The notes under the pieces were generated by a model, which searched no databases, was not told the origin of the DNA, and worked only from the letters and a program-made list of their open reading frames with translations. A stretch of DNA of 64,000 nucleotides from Cystobasidiomycetes sp. EMM_F5 (Eukaryota): contig JBPGPT010000030.1 in the NCBI GenBank assembly GCA_051047955.1, positions 1 to 64,000 on the forward strand. The letters run 5' to 3'. Made by a program: the position numbers and the translations under genes. Of this stretch, positions 62,863 to 64,000 are shown one piece after another; the first letter of the stretch is position 1; each line of letters opens with the position of its first letter.

Positions 62863-63194
62863 GGTGAGGGGCATTTGCAAAATGGGGATGCTGGTTGCAT
62901 GAATGGTAACGAAGAAGTAGACGGTAGTTTTTTCCTTAGATGTTGTTGATATTTACGTACTACGTTGGTTTTCTTCTGCATTACGTACGCTGGATGTATG
63001 CAGGACAAGGCAATGCAAAACCCCCCCGGTTTGGATGGGAGTATTCGCTCGATGCTGTTGCAGCCATTGCGTGTGAACATTTCCAGACTTTTCAGCGCCA
63101 TTCAATCGCACCACAGTTTACGCTTGATTTTTTGCAAACGAAAGTCCATTGCTGTGCTAAAACAGGACCGGCAACAAACTAATGTCCATTTAAT

Positions 63195-64000
63195 TTAAAA
63201 GCCCTTGTCGTATCCGCCTGACTTGTAAAAGGTCTGCATACGCGTAACGATGGATTGGAGAGCAGCCAGATAGTCGGCCATTTGTTGCTGAGTTCCTCCG
63301 ACTTTGGGATAGAAGTTTGCTCTGTACGGACAAGCCTTCATCGCCACCTGCGGAGACAAGCGAGACAAGTCAGCGATAGCGTGATTCAGCTGAGTGACAC
63401 GTTAAGCTTACGCTGAAGATACCCTTGACGACAAAGTTGTGGTACTGCTTGAGCGTGTTGTTGTAGGATGATGTGAAGGAGGTTGCCAGCTCTTCAGACT
63501 GGTTGTCGTGGTTGATTTTGAGACCTTGGGCGGTGAAGTCGAGTCCGCTACACTCATGCCATCAAGAGTAAGTATCACTTCAATGGCGGGGGACATAGTA
63601 TCAGCCTACCGCAGCAGCCACATCAAACCTTCTGTAGCTGTTCGCTTCTTTTCTGGCTTCTCATTGATGACCAGCTCTTCGAGCGTCTCCGACTGAGCAG
63701 GGTGAGATAGCTGCCTCTCGCGGACTTTCTGTAACCCGCATAGACTTGACAGTAAGCGCGTCGCGTAATTGTGGGGTGCAGCCAGCGCGTACCTTGATGT
63801 TGCCGTTCATGTCGGACTTTACTGGTGCAAAGGCGGTAGAGCCAAGAATGTCTGGGAATGACAGTGTAGCAGTGCATATATTTGATACCGAGTTAGCTGT
63901 ACCAGTCCTACATTTCGGTGCAACATGTCTAAACTGACCAAACAGCTTTACCACATCTTCGCAGGCCTCGAGGAATTCGCTCGTCTTCACACCCTTGTCT
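63195..64000 (-). CDS. Glycolipid transfer protein (GLTP/HET-C2-like), 5' end outside window
   Basis: EFLEA, AFAPVKSDMNGNIKK, ATEGLMWLLRGLDFT, YNNTLKQYH, AMKACPYR..FY. Confidence 0.93.

Noticed and set aside
1..64000. TGA-CTA readthrough generating cryptic PTS1 signals; transposons; tRNA/rRNA; CRISPR
   Set aside because: The stop contexts I inspected lacked the readthrough motif, and no transposase/RT motifs, terminal repeats or RNA gene signatures were visible by eye.

Overview
Gene-dense, intron-rich fungal chromosome segment. Introns are mostly 45-100 nt GT-AG with CTRAC-like branch sites, and the CPL1-like and DUF6534-like families point to a basidiomycete. I reconstruct about 30 protein-coding genes by hand-splicing. 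Most are housekeeping: XRN1, LEU5-type CoA carrier, AP-1 gamma adaptin, calcipressin, mitochondrial IleRS, ASH2/BRE2, UNC-45/SHE4, MTAP, TOM40, VNX1, TANGO2 and GLTP. No rRNA, tRNA, transposon or CRISPR array was recognised. The most unusual items: (i) a 29-33 kb accessory-looking block with a divergent SDR/2OG-dioxygenase pair that reads like ascomycete proteins, beside an orphan SAP-like + R3H gene; (ii) a probable ~946-aa CPL1-like Cys-domain protein with an ~800-aa tail; (iii) a co-oriented 52-63 kb run of TANGO2, a PAS hybrid histidine kinase, a multi-pass membrane protein, a GNAT and an O-methyltransferase-like protein with an altered catalytic motif; (iv) several splicing oddities (microexons, an in-frame intron splitting an IQ motif, a palindrome over cryptic 3' splice sites). 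Family assignments come from motif recognition and memory, not database searches.
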